A stretch of DNA of 64,000 nucleotides, taken from NCBI GenBank assembly GCA_034670305.1, contig JAXMNT010000026.1, forward strand, positions 40,529 through 104,528. The letters run 5' to 3'. The DNA comes from Deltaproteobacteria bacterium (GTDB taxonomy: Bacteria > Myxococcota_A > Polyangia > Polyangiales > Houyiibacteriaceae). The translations under genes were made by a program, and so were the position numbers. Positions 28,655-37,620 of this stretch are shown here, one piece after another. Numbering within the stretch: position 1 is the first letter of the stretch; the number at the start of each line of letters is the position of its first letter. The notes under the pieces were generated by a model. It was given only the letters and a program-made list of their open reading frames with translations, searched no databases and had not been told where the DNA came from.

Positions 28655-30490
28655 TCATGTGCCACCTGCAAAACGAGCGTCGCTCGGCGCGGTGCGGCGC
28701 ACTTCGGACGCCACCGAACGGTCTCCGCGCAGACCGACGAAGAAGAGCCGCAGCGCATCGCCCTGCGACACGGCGCTCGCCCCCGACGCGCCGAGCGGAT
28801 GCGCGTCTCGTTCTGCCAGGACCTCGTCGTGGACTGCCCGCCACGCGACGAGCTCATCCGACGCCCACAGCGCGATGCGCCGGTGGGTGCCGCGTGCGAA
28901 CGTCGTGTAGAGGCGGTAGCTCCCCGCGTGCACGGTGATCGACGCGTGGATCGCGCCGGCGGTCTGGGCCCGCAGGTTCAGCCCAGTCTCTTCCCAGCCG
29001 CCTCGACCCGGGCGCTGGACGAACACGCGCACTCCGTTGTCCACCGCGACGAAGATCTCGTGGCCGCCGTGGTGCAGCAGTTGAAACGAACGCCAGGGGA
29101 CCGCCGGGAGTGTGCGCTCGACCGGGGCGGTCCATCCAAGGTCCGTTCGGAACTGATCGATGAACACCGTGCGCACGGGCGCGCCGTCCATGTCTTCTTC
29201 GACGGCCGCCACCAGCCGCAGCCGCCCCGTCGCGTCGACCACGAGCGTCACCCCACCCCACCGGTCCGCCCACTCCGGCAGCGTCGGCGGCGACACCGTC
29301 TCGAAACCAGAATCGCCTTCGCGCGCGACGCGGATCTCGTTGTCGCTGACCCGGTACGCGAGCCAAACCGCGTCCTGCCAGAAGGCGGCGCTCAGCACCT
29401 CGGGCTCGTCGACGATGGGTGTCGACCCATCGAAGAGAGGCAGGTTCGAGGTGGGCGACCAGGTGGTCGGCATGTCGCACGCCGAGAGTCCGACCTGCAG
29501 ACTGGAGAGACGCACGCGGCTCTCCCCGTCCGGCAATCCGCCGCTCGGGTTCTCCGTGTGGCCCCAGACGACGAGCGTGGCCGACGGGGCGACCGGAAAC
29601 TGGTGCGAGAGCATGCGGCCGTCGTCGCTGGTCGCGCGGGCTTGACCGTCGGGCGTCAACTCGAGGGTCCACGCTTCAGCACTCGACGTCGAAAGCACAT
29701 CGGTCTGAGCGACGACCCGACCCTCCACGAGCAGGTGCATGCGGCCGCGGGCGGGCGAGAGCTGAAGGGCGACGAGCGGTTCGACATGCTGGGTGTTGCT
29801 GAGATCTCCATGGGTGGTGAATCCAACCGCGACGCTCTCGAGACAGCGCGCCTCACCGGTGCAGGTGCCGCGTTCGAAGCCCGCGCGGATCTCGGCGCGG
29901 TGGATGCGCAGGTCGAGCGGTGCGGCCAGGAGCACGCCGCTGTCGTATTCCGCGTCGCCACCCGGCGCGAGACCGCCCGCGTCGTGGAACGGACCCGGGC
30001 TGCCGAACGCGCGCGGCGCCAAACCCGCAATGCAGTCCATGAGCTCGGCTTCGCCACAGGAGAACTCCTCGAGCGGCACGGGCGCTTCGCGGACCGCGGC
30101 GCAACCGACCTCGCCGATGCAACAGCTGGCAAGCGAGGAACACTGCGGGTCCGCGCAGTCGGTCAGTCCGGCGCCCGCGGTTTCCGGTGCGTCGTTGTCG
30201 ACCGCGTCGTAGCAGGTCGCGCGGAGCGCCGCGGCGTCGTCACCGTCCATGCCCGGCGGCACCGGCGCTTCGGCAGAGAATGCTCCCGCGCGGCTGGGAT
30301 CGGCCGGCACACCACCGAAGTCGGTCTCGAACAGACCGCCCGCATCGGCAAACGACGCATCTCGGTCGCCGCCCACCCCTCCATCCGGACCGGCGTCCTC
30401 GTCCTCGACCCCGGTCAGGTCGAAGGCGGCGCATCCCATGGCCAGGGCGAGCGACCAGGCAAGACAGGAAAGTGGGAGGGAGCGCGACAC
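28655..30490 (-). CDS. Cys-rich lipoprotein, paralog 3
   Basis: Lipobox LAMG-C; TCYDAVDND...DCADPQC...CC; GGDAEYDSG; CLES; CDMP..W. Confidence 0.75.
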   Translation of the reverse strand: MSRSLPLSCLAWSLALAMGCAAFDLTGVEDEDAGPDGGVGGDRDASFADAGGLFETDFGGVPADPSRAGAFSAEAPVPPGMDGDDAAALRATCYDAVDNDAPETAGAGLTDCADPQCSSLASCCIGEVGCAAVREAPVPLEEFSCGEAELMDCIAGLAPRAFGSPGPFHDAGGLAPGGDAEYDSGVLLAAPLDLRIHRAEIRAGFERGTCTGEARCLESVAVGFTTHGDLSNTQHVEPLVALQLSPARGRMHLLVEGRVVAQTDVLSTSSAEAWTLELTPDGQARATSDDGRMLSHQFPVAPSATLVVWGHTENPSGGLPDGESRVRLSSLQVGLSACDMPTTWSPTSNLPLFDGSTPIVDEPEVLSAAFWQDAVWLAYRVSDNEIRVAREGDSGFETVSPPTLPEWADRWGGVTLVVDATGRLRLVAAVEEDMDGAPVRTVFIDQFRTDLGWTAPVERTLPAVPWRSFQLLHHGGHEIFVAVDNGVRVFVQRPGRGGWEETGLNLRAQTAGAIHASITVHAGSYRLYTTFARGTHRRIALWASDELVAWRAVHDEVLAERDAHPLGASGASAVSQGDALRLFFVGLRGDRSVASEVRRTAPSDARFAGGT

Positions 30491-30507
30491 GGTGGAAACA
30501 GAGTAAC

Positions 30508-30523
30508 TTCAATGAGCGTGCCA
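30508..30523 (-). promoter_or_regulatory. Putative internal sigma-54 promoter
   Basis: Minus strand TGGCACG-CTCA-TTGAA: perfect -24 box, one mismatch in the -12 box. Confidence 0.6.
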
Positions 30524-30674
30524 AGGCTCGAAGTCGTCTTGGGCCTTCGATTGTCCCTCAAAAGCGGGCCGAAGCGGTCCTCTGCGCCCCGCTATGACAG
30601 ATCCGCCCGATCGGGCCCGAAGATCTGGCGCGGCCTGACACAGCCCAAGCGGGCCAAGAAGCGGTCGCCAGCGT

Positions 30675-32411
30675 TCAGATGATGCCGGCTTCGGTCGCGG
30701 CGACCCGGAAGGTCGTACCGACCCGCGCGCCCATGCCGTCGTCGCCCACGTAGAGCAGCCGCAGCCCCTCCGGGGTCGAGGTGGAGGCCGGCGCGGTCAC
30801 ACCCAGCGCATCGAAGCCCTGGCCGGAGCCGCTGAGGACTTCGCCCAGATCCCGCCAGACGACGAGCGCGTCGCTCACGAAGAGCCGGAGCGACGTCCGG
30901 GTGCCGCGGCGGTACGCCACGTGAAGGTGCCACGCGCCGTTGTGCGCCGAGAGCGCGAGTCCGCCCACGCTCTCGCCATCGCGGGATGTGGGCACGTGGA
31001 GGTCCGCACCGGGAAGCACGCTGCCGCCCTCTTGGTACACGGTCCACCCCGCCGATGTCTGCGCCGCCATGACGAACAGGCCGCCTTCGGTTCGGGCAAC
31101 GACGGGTTCGAATGCGTCGCGAAGCACCACGGTCCCGACGTTCCCGAACGAGTCGCCTTCCGCGGGCATGCGCTCGATCGTGGGCGAGCCATCGGCGCGC
31201 CGCACCGTGAGGTACAAGTGCCAGTTCGTCCCATCGTGATCGAGTTCCGGATCCTCGAAGGTCTCGTCGCCGAGCGGGCGCACGGTCTCCCCGACGACCA
31301 AGGTCTCGCCCTCGATGCGGCCGAGCTGAACGACGTCGTTCTGCATCCACGCGACCCGCACTTCGCCGCCGGCCGAGTGCACGGTCGGCGTCTCTCCCTC
31401 GGCCAGGACGGAGCGCTCCGACCAAGCGGTGGGGATGTCGCAGAGAGACAGCCTCGTGGAGAGCGCCCGGACCCGCGCAGGACTCAACGACCCGGCGTCG
31501 GTGTTGCGGGCGCGTCCGTAGAGCGCAACCCGCGCAAGCCCCGTCTCTGACGGGAGAAACACTGTTTCGTAGTCGAACGTATCCGACCCGAGCACCACCG
31601 ACACATCGCCGGTCGGTCGCACGATCAGTCCCACCGTGAAGTCATCGGTGCGGGGCACGTCGTGGCGCCCTTGCTCGCGGCCGCCGACGAGCAGCATCAG
31701 CCGCGACTGCGAGCCGCTGTAGACCAGCGCGACTTCTGAATCGGCGAGCACCCCCGCCCCCGTCTCGGGCAGGTTGGAGACCAAACCGAGCACGGTCGTC
31801 TCGAGACAATCGGAGCCGCATGTCTGGGGCGGCGAGATCGTCGCGCTCAGCTCCACCCGCTGGGTGGTCAGGTCGATCGGTGCACCGAAGAGCGCGCCGC
31901 CTTCCCCGAATGCGTCACCCCGCATCACCAGGCCCTCGGCCGTCGTCTCGAGACCGAGACCGAACGGCGTGGCGGTCGGTGCGCAGCTGCCGAGATCCGC
32001 GCCGCACAGGGTCAGGTCCATCGTGCCGACCGAGGTGTCGGTGCAGCAGTCGCCGTTGCCAGTGCAGCAGTAACCGAGCGAGGCGCAACGTGCGTCCTCG
32101 CAGTCGATGATGCCGCTCCCGTCGTTGTCCTCGCCGTCGGCACAGGTCAGGACGTAGTCGTTCGCGTCGAGCCCGACGTCCGGGTCGGCTTCGCCCGCCA
32201 CCCGGCTCGGGTCGGCGCGGAGCCCTTGCGGGCTGGATTCGGGCCCACCGTCGGCTCCGGCACCGACGTCTTCCGGCGCCATGCCGCCATCGAACGTTTC
32301 GCCAGCGTCGTCGACTCCGACCGGCGGGTAGGTGTCGCCCGCGTCGCCACACCCGACGAAGCACGCCGCGAAAGCGAACCAGACGAGAGGGGACGAGGTG
32401 AGGTGTGTCAT
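30675..32411 (-). CDS. Cys-rich lipoprotein, paralog 2
   Basis: Lipobox FVG-C; TCADGEDNDGSGIIDCED..C....CC; CLET; CDIP..W; DPELD and EPVVA blade-like motifs. Confidence 0.75.
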   Translation of the reverse strand: MTHLTSSPLVWFAFAACFVGCGDAGDTYPPVGVDDAGETFDGGMAPEDVGAGADGGPESSPQGLRADPSRVAGEADPDVGLDANDYVLTCADGEDNDGSGIIDCEDARCASLGYCCTGNGDCCTDTSVGTMDLTLCGADLGSCAPTATPFGLGLETTAEGLVMRGDAFGEGGALFGAPIDLTTQRVELSATISPPQTCGSDCLETTVLGLVSNLPETGAGVLADSEVALVYSGSQSRLMLLVGGREQGRHDVPRTDDFTVGLIVRPTGDVSVVLGSDTFDYETVFLPSETGLARVALYGRARNTDAGSLSPARVRALSTRLSLCDIPTAWSERSVLAEGETPTVHSAGGEVRVAWMQNDVVQLGRIEGETLVVGETVRPLGDETFEDPELDHDGTNWHLYLTVRRADGSPTIERMPAEGDSFGNVGTVVLRDAFEPVVARTEGGLFVMAAQTSAGWTVYQEGGSVLPGADLHVPTSRDGESVGGLALSAHNGAWHLHVAYRRGTRTSLRLFVSDALVVWRDLGEVLSGSGQGFDALGVTAPASTSTPEGLRLLYVGDDGMGARVGTTFRVAATEAGII

Positions 32412-34378
32412 AGGCTCAGCGGGTTCCAGACCTGGTCGAGCGGGAAGAGCTCGAAGCGACGACCGCTCTCACCAATAGGCACCTTTCGTGCCACGAGAAA
32501 CCGCAGGTCCGCCGTGCCGGTTCGCCGCGCGACCGTGAAGGACTCGATGGAGCACCCGACACAGCCGTTGGAGAACGCAGGCATCGACGCTTCGAGGACC
32601 GGGTTCGCTGGGTAGGGTTGGAACGTCGGTGCCTGGTCGGCGCCGTCCTTCGGCTGACCAAGCGCCAGGCCGATCGCCACTTCGCCGTCGATGAAGCCGG
32701 CGAACCAGAGCCGGAACACCGGCGCCGTCCCATCGGTCCGGTCCACGACCACCTCGGGGTTGAAGATCTCGCCTCCGAACCGGCCGAAATCGGTGCCCGG
32801 CGCAAACACCGGAAGCGACGGCTCGCCCTCCACCGGGCGGATGGTCACCAGCAGCGTGAGGTTCTGCATGCGCAGGTGGGTGTCGCCGGTGCGCGCCACG
32901 CAGGTGAAAAAGAGCCAGGCGTTCGCCGCATCGCCCGGGTTCGAGACCAGGAAGGGATCCCGGAGCGAGCGGCAGTCGGTCTCGCGCGCGACGTCGAGGA
33001 CCAGCCGCTCCGGGCCGATCGGACCCACCGAAGGTTCTTCGTCCAGCTCCTGGATGTGGATCGAGTAGGCGTCGTCGTTCAAGGCCGACTTGGCGTACAG
33101 GACGTAGAGCGTGTCGGCGCCCTCGAAGAGCGAAGGATCGCGCACCTTGTCGGCCGGCGGCGCGCCGGGACACGTGCCATCCCAGCACGACGGCGGCTGC
33201 GCGCCGAGCTGAGGCGTCTCGGACGAGTTCAGCCACTGGTCGTTCCAGCTTCCGGGCGTCTGTCGGGCATGGCCGATCGACCACCCCACCGCGGCGGTCG
33301 TCTCGATCTCGGGTTGGTCGTTGGTGGCTTCGGCGACGACTTGCCAGTTGCCGTCGACGAACAAAAGGCCCGGCGATCCGATCGCCTCGTCCGCCCACTC
33401 GTCTCCAGAGGATGGCGGAGAGAAACTGAGCGAGCTGGTCAGCACCAGTTCTTCGCCAGACGTGAGCGGGTTGTCGGTGGTGCCGAACTGGTTCGGGTTC
33501 GTGCATTGGCCACTGAGGATGTCCACGTCGCCTTGGACGTGAATCGCGTTGCCGCGTCCTTCCACGGCCACGAAGAGTCCGCCGATGTTCGCGCACGCGC
33601 CGGTCTGGGTAAGGTTGCGAAGATCGATCGGCGCCGCCTGGAAGACGCCGTCCGCCCCGATCCGCACGGTCGGAAGGAGCGCCGGTCGATCCCCATCGAA
33701 CCCGGGTACGAGCGAGATCACGACCGAGTGTTCGCCGATGCCGAGGCTGCCCGAGGACGATTCGTCGCCGGCCTGGGTCACGGAGAAGTCGCCGCCTGCG
33801 CTGACCGTCACCGACAGCTCGTCGGCCAACCGCGGCCGTCCGCCCTGGGTCCGGACGGGGCTGAGTGTGACCGCCGCGTATTCGCAGTCTCCGTCCGTGC
33901 ATGTCTCGCCCGTGACGTCGAAGCGCACGCTCACGCGGCCCCCGCCCGCGAAGGGGACGCAGTCCTCGAACACGACCCCGTTCGGATCCGCGAAGTCCAC
34001 CAGTGCACCGCCCATGACCGTCGGCTCCATGCGAGTGGGCGCGCTCCGGTTCCAGTCGCTCAGATCGCCGAAGCTCGACTGATCGAGCACGGACACCCCA
34101 ACGTCCGCGTTGCAGCACGACGCGCTCTCGGCGCAGTCGAAGTCCGCGCAGTCGATGAGGCCGTCGAGGTCGTCGTCCGCCATGTTGTCGCAGACCTCCA
34201 TCGGCGGCACGAACGCGTCCCCGGTGTCGACCCCGGCGTCTTGTCCCCCGTCGGCTGCGTCGATCGGCGGCGCGTCCATGCCGCCGGCGTCCTCGACGAT
34301 CCGGTCGCGGTCGGGCGCATTGAGGAGCGAACATCCGGAGACCGCCGCGAGGGCACAGAAGCAACAGAGCAAGCGCAT
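32408..34378 (-). CDS. Cys-rich lipoprotein, paralog 1 (most divergent), with five-bladed-propeller-like RDP motifs
   Basis: Start MRLLCCFCALAAVSG-C at 34378 (TGATG overlap); EVCDNMADDDLDGLIDCAD.DC....CC; VRDPSL, LRDPFL, FNPEVV, PANPVL. Confidence 0.75.
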   Translation of the reverse strand: MRLLCCFCALAAVSGCSLLNAPDRDRIVEDAGGMDAPPIDAADGGQDAGVDTGDAFVPPMEVCDNMADDDLDGLIDCADFDCAESASCCNADVGVSVLDQSSFGDLSDWNRSAPTRMEPTVMGGALVDFADPNGVVFEDCVPFAGGGRVSVRFDVTGETCTDGDCEYAAVTLSPVRTQGGRPRLADELSVTVSAGGDFSVTQAGDESSSGSLGIGEHSVVISLVPGFDGDRPALLPTVRIGADGVFQAAPIDLRNLTQTGACANIGGLFVAVEGRGNAIHVQGDVDILSGQCTNPNQFGTTDNPLTSGEELVLTSSLSFSPPSSGDEWADEAIGSPGLLFVDGNWQVVAEATNDQPEIETTAAVGWSIGHARQTPGSWNDQWLNSSETPQLGAQPPSCWDGTCPGAPPADKVRDPSLFEGADTLYVLYAKSALNDDAYSIHIQELDEEPSVGPIGPERLVLDVARETDCRSLRDPFLVSNPGDAANAWLFFTCVARTGDTHLRMQNLTLLVTIRPVEGEPSLPVFAPGTDFGRFGGEIFNPEVVVDRTDGTAPVFRLWFAGFIDGEVAIGLALGQPKDGADQAPTFQPYPANPVLEASMPAFSNGCVGCSIESFTVARRTGTADLRFLVARKVPIGESGRRFELFPLDQVWNPLSL

Positions 34379-35766
34379 CAGAACGTCCCCCCGAGCGTGG
34401 CCACGCCGCCGTTGCGGGTCGGCGCGAGCCCGAACTGCACGTCGGCCTCCGACGGTTCGTCCGGTGCATCCGAGTTCACCAGGTAGAGGATGAGCGTCGT
34501 GATCGCGAGCGCAGCAGCCGCTCCGAGGATGCCGTCTGCGAGGTGGTTCGCCCGGTCGACGTCGTCGGCCATCGAGGTGCACTGAGACACCGTGCCGCCC
34601 GGACACGCGTCTTCGAAGTCGTCCTTCAAGCGCAGGGCCCGGACCATGAGTCCCACCGTCACGGCGGCGGCGGCGGCGGTCACACCGAGCGCCACGTGCG
34701 GCAGCGCCCCGAGCCGGGTGCCTTGTCCGGCAGCACCGAGCCGAACCGCGACGTTCGTCGTCGCACCAGCGCGCGTTTCGACCGGCGCGACGTAGCGGGC
34801 ATGGCCCGGCGCGCGGACGTCCACCTCGTGCGGCCCGGGATCGACCTCGATGTCGACCTCGCCCTGACCCACCAGCCGTCCGTCGACCCGAACTTCAGCC
34901 CCCTCGATGCTCGCCACGCGCAGCCGTGCCTGGCCGAGCGGCGCAAGCGTGATCGACACCCGACCGTCTTCGCCCGGCGCCAGCACGACGTGGCGCACCG
35001 CGGTCGGCCGCCCGCTGGCTTCGAGCCGAACCTCATGTTCACCGGGCGACACCTGCTGCGGCCCTGGCTGAATCGGCGCGCCGTCGAGGCTGAGCGTGCC
35101 GGTCCCCGAAGACGCCGGCGGCACCTCCACGATCAACGTCACCGGCTCGGGGACCAAGCGCCCCTGCACCTCGGTGGCTTCGCCGAGCACGAGGTTGGTT
35201 TCGACTCGGAAGTCCGCGTGGTGGGGTGCCCGGAGGTAGACGACGTGTGCACCGGGCGGCAGCGCGACCTCGAGCGGGGTCGTGCCGCGGGGCGCGAGGT
35301 CCAGCCGGTCCACGAACACCTGGGCGCCCGCCGGCGCACTCGCCACACGCAGCACCGCCACGTGCTGCCGAAGTTCCGCGATGCGGGCTTCTCCATCGGT
35401 GCGCTCTTGGGCGCTCAGCCCGTCGATCGCCAAGTACTCCCGGAAGTACCCGAAGGCTTCGGCCGGTCGCTCGAGGCGGGTCAGTACGAGCCCCGCGTTG
35501 AAGATCGCATTCCGGCTTCGAACGATCCGCACCGTCGACACGAACGCCTCGAGGGCGTCTTCGAGCAACGCGCGCTGACGGGCACCGCGGGCGCGGTCGG
35601 CGCGCTCCAGCAAGCGGTTGCCTCGGTCGAAGAACACCCGCGCTTCGGCGTTGGGATCGTTGACCTGCGCAGACGCGACGCTCGGCGGCAGCACGGAGGT
35701 GCCCGACAGCAACGGCATGCCGATCGCGATCGAGAAGAGAAGAGGGCGTAAGGAGAAGCGGATCAC
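34378..35766 (-). CDS. Signal-peptide protein with TPR-like region, PEGA domains and C-terminal hydrophobic hairpin
   Basis: Signal peptide ending ASA-Q; helical N-terminus; VASAPAGAQVFVD...GTTP...LPPGAH and two more PEGA-like units; ends GGVATLGGTF. Confidence 0.85.
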   Translation of the reverse strand: MIRFSLRPLLFSIAIGMPLLSGTSVLPPSVASAQVNDPNAEARVFFDRGNRLLERADRARGARQRALLEDALEAFVSTVRIVRSRNAIFNAGLVLTRLERPAEAFGYFREYLAIDGLSAQERTDGEARIAELRQHVAVLRVASAPAGAQVFVDRLDLAPRGTTPLEVALPPGAHVVYLRAPHHADFRVETNLVLGEATEVQGRLVPEPVTLIVEVPPASSGTGTLSLDGAPIQPGPQQVSPGEHEVRLEASGRPTAVRHVVLAPGEDGRVSITLAPLGQARLRVASIEGAEVRVDGRLVGQGEVDIEVDPGPHEVDVRAPGHARYVAPVETRAGATTNVAVRLGAAGQGTRLGALPHVALGVTAAAAAVTVGLMVRALRLKDDFEDACPGGTVSQCTSMADDVDRANHLADGILGAAAALAITTLILYLVNSDAPDEPSEADVQFGLAPTRNGGVATLGGTF

Positions 35767-35812
35767 AGAAGTCGTTCGAAAGCGGAAGAGAGACCGGTGC
35801 GTCGGACCGCGG

Positions 35813-37444
35813 TCACAACATGGTGCGGTGTTCGGTCATCGACATGGGAGCAGAACCCACCCCGGCACGTCGTTGCAAGCGCCCTTCGATCACGGCGCCT
35901 TCGGCGGCGACCCCTTCGAAGCCGGCGGCGCGGTACCCACGGAGCCGGTACGTCACTTCCAGCGACTCCCCTTCGGGGAACGACAGCTCGAGCGGGGTGA
36001 CGCCGAGTCGCTCGTCGCCGCGCAGGACCGTCGCGCCTGGAGGGTCGGACACGAAACGAACGACCTGCGGGACCGGTGTCAACGCACCCTCCGGCAGCCG
36101 GTCGGTCGTTGGCGCCGCCTGCATCTCGGTCGGCATCTCGGTGGGCTGCACTTTGGTCGGCGGTTCGGTTTCGGGCCCGGTTTCCAAGCGCGTGGTCGGC
36201 TCGACCGCATCGTCCCCCATCTGCGAGAGGCCGAGGCCGACGAGGAGCAGCAAGACCGCACCGGCCAGACCGATCCAGGGCAGGCGGGAGGGCCCCGCAA
36301 CCGGTTCGGGCGTGGCGACAGCAGCCGGCTCGGGCAGAGACGCCCGTGCGGACGGCGGCACACTCATGAGCCGGCCAGGATCCGCGTCGATGTCGGGCGC
36401 GGCAGCCGAGAGTGCTGCGGACAACGCCGCCATGCTCTGTGGCCGGTCGGCGGGGTCCTTGGCGAGGGCTTTCAAGATCGCCGCTTCGACGGCGGCCGGC
36501 ATCGACACGTACTCGCTCGGCGGTTTGGGCTCCTCGTTCCCGTGTTTCCAGAGCAACTGGAAGTAGTTGCCGCCTTCGAAGGGCGGCCGGGCGGTCAACA
36601 TCTCGTAGAGCATGACGCCGAGTGCGTAGATGTCGGCGCGGTGGTCGACGTCGGCTTCGCCGCGCGCCTGTTCCGGCGACATGTACAGCGGCGTGCCGAC
36701 GAGCTGCCCGGTGCGCGTCATGCGGACCTGTTCGGCTTCGGCGGTCTTCACCTTGCTGATCCCGAAGTCGAGGATCTTCACGAAGTCCGAGTCCCGTTTG
36801 CGGCAGATGAAGACGTTCTCGGGTTTCAGATCCCGGTGCACGATCCCGCCGTCGTGGGCAGCCTGCAGCGCCTCGCACATCTGGTGGGCGATCGGCAGCG
36901 CCCGGGACAGCGCCATGGGACCCGGTTCGATCACGTCCGCGAGGCTCTTGCCCTCGAGCATCTCCATGACGAGGAACACACGGCCGTCGTCGGTCGCGTC
37001 GAAGCTCACCACGTCTACGATGTTGTCGTGGTCGATGCTGCTGGCCGCCCGCGCTTCCTGTTTGAGGCGGTCGATCGCGCTCTTGTTGGCGGCGACTTTG
37101 TCCGAGAGCACCTTCACCGCGAAGGGTTTGTCGAGGTGGATGTGGACCGCCATGTAGACGGTGCCCATGCCGCCTTCCCCGATCCGGCTGTCGACCTTGT
37201 ACAGGCCGCTGAGCACCCGGCCGATCATCGGATCGGGCCCCTCGTCCGCGTCGTCGTCGTCGTAGACGATCGTCGGGCCCGTCTTGCCGGGGGGTGCCTC
37301 GTGAGGGCCGGAGAGGTCGTCGTCGGAGCTGGCGCCAACCGTCTTGGCGAGCGGATCGGTGCTGCTGAGCGCAGGCGTCTCCGCCCCGCCTGATTGAGTG
37401 TCTTTCGTCGGGTCGTCGACCGCCGGCTCTCGCTCCGCCTCCAG
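35813..37444 (-). CDS. Membrane Ser/Thr protein kinase with C-terminal PEGA domain
   Basis: IGEGGMGTVY, AVKVL, HRDLKPEN, DFG, GTPLYMSPE, D.YALG intact; TM helix; SDPPGATV...LGVTP PEGA; start uncertain, CTG 37444 has GGAGG 6 nt upstream. Confidence 0.9.
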   Translation of the reverse strand: MEAEREPAVDDPTKDTQSGGAETPALSSTDPLAKTVGASSDDDLSGPHEAPPGKTGPTIVYDDDDADEGPDPMIGRVLSGLYKVDSRIGEGGMGTVYMAVHIHLDKPFAVKVLSDKVAANKSAIDRLKQEARAASSIDHDNIVDVVSFDATDDGRVFLVMEMLEGKSLADVIEPGPMALSRALPIAHQMCEALQAAHDGGIVHRDLKPENVFICRKRDSDFVKILDFGISKVKTAEAEQVRMTRTGQLVGTPLYMSPEQARGEADVDHRADIYALGVMLYEMLTARPPFEGGNYFQLLWKHGNEEPKPPSEYVSMPAAVEAAILKALAKDPADRPQSMAALSAALSAAAPDIDADPGRLMSVPPSARASLPEPAAVATPEPVAGPSRLPWIGLAGAVLLLLVGLGLSQMGDDAVEPTTRLETGPETEPPTKVQPTEMPTEMQAAPTTDRLPEGALTPVPQVVRFVSDPPGATVLRGDERLGVTPLELSFPEGESLEVTYRLRGYRAAGFEGVAAEGAVIEGRLQRRAGVGSAPMSMTEHRTML

Positions 37445-37620
37445 GGGATCCCTCCGTCGGCGCAGCCTACCACGGGGTTTGCAGCCACGCCGCGGTTCAG
37501 GACTCGGACGTTTGTCGAGAGATGCGGACCAGTTGTCGGGGCCTTGCCCCTGCAGAAGGACGCCAGAGCAACTGGTCCAACGTCGCGCGGGTGGACCACG
37601 GGGTGTAGAAAGCAACCTGC

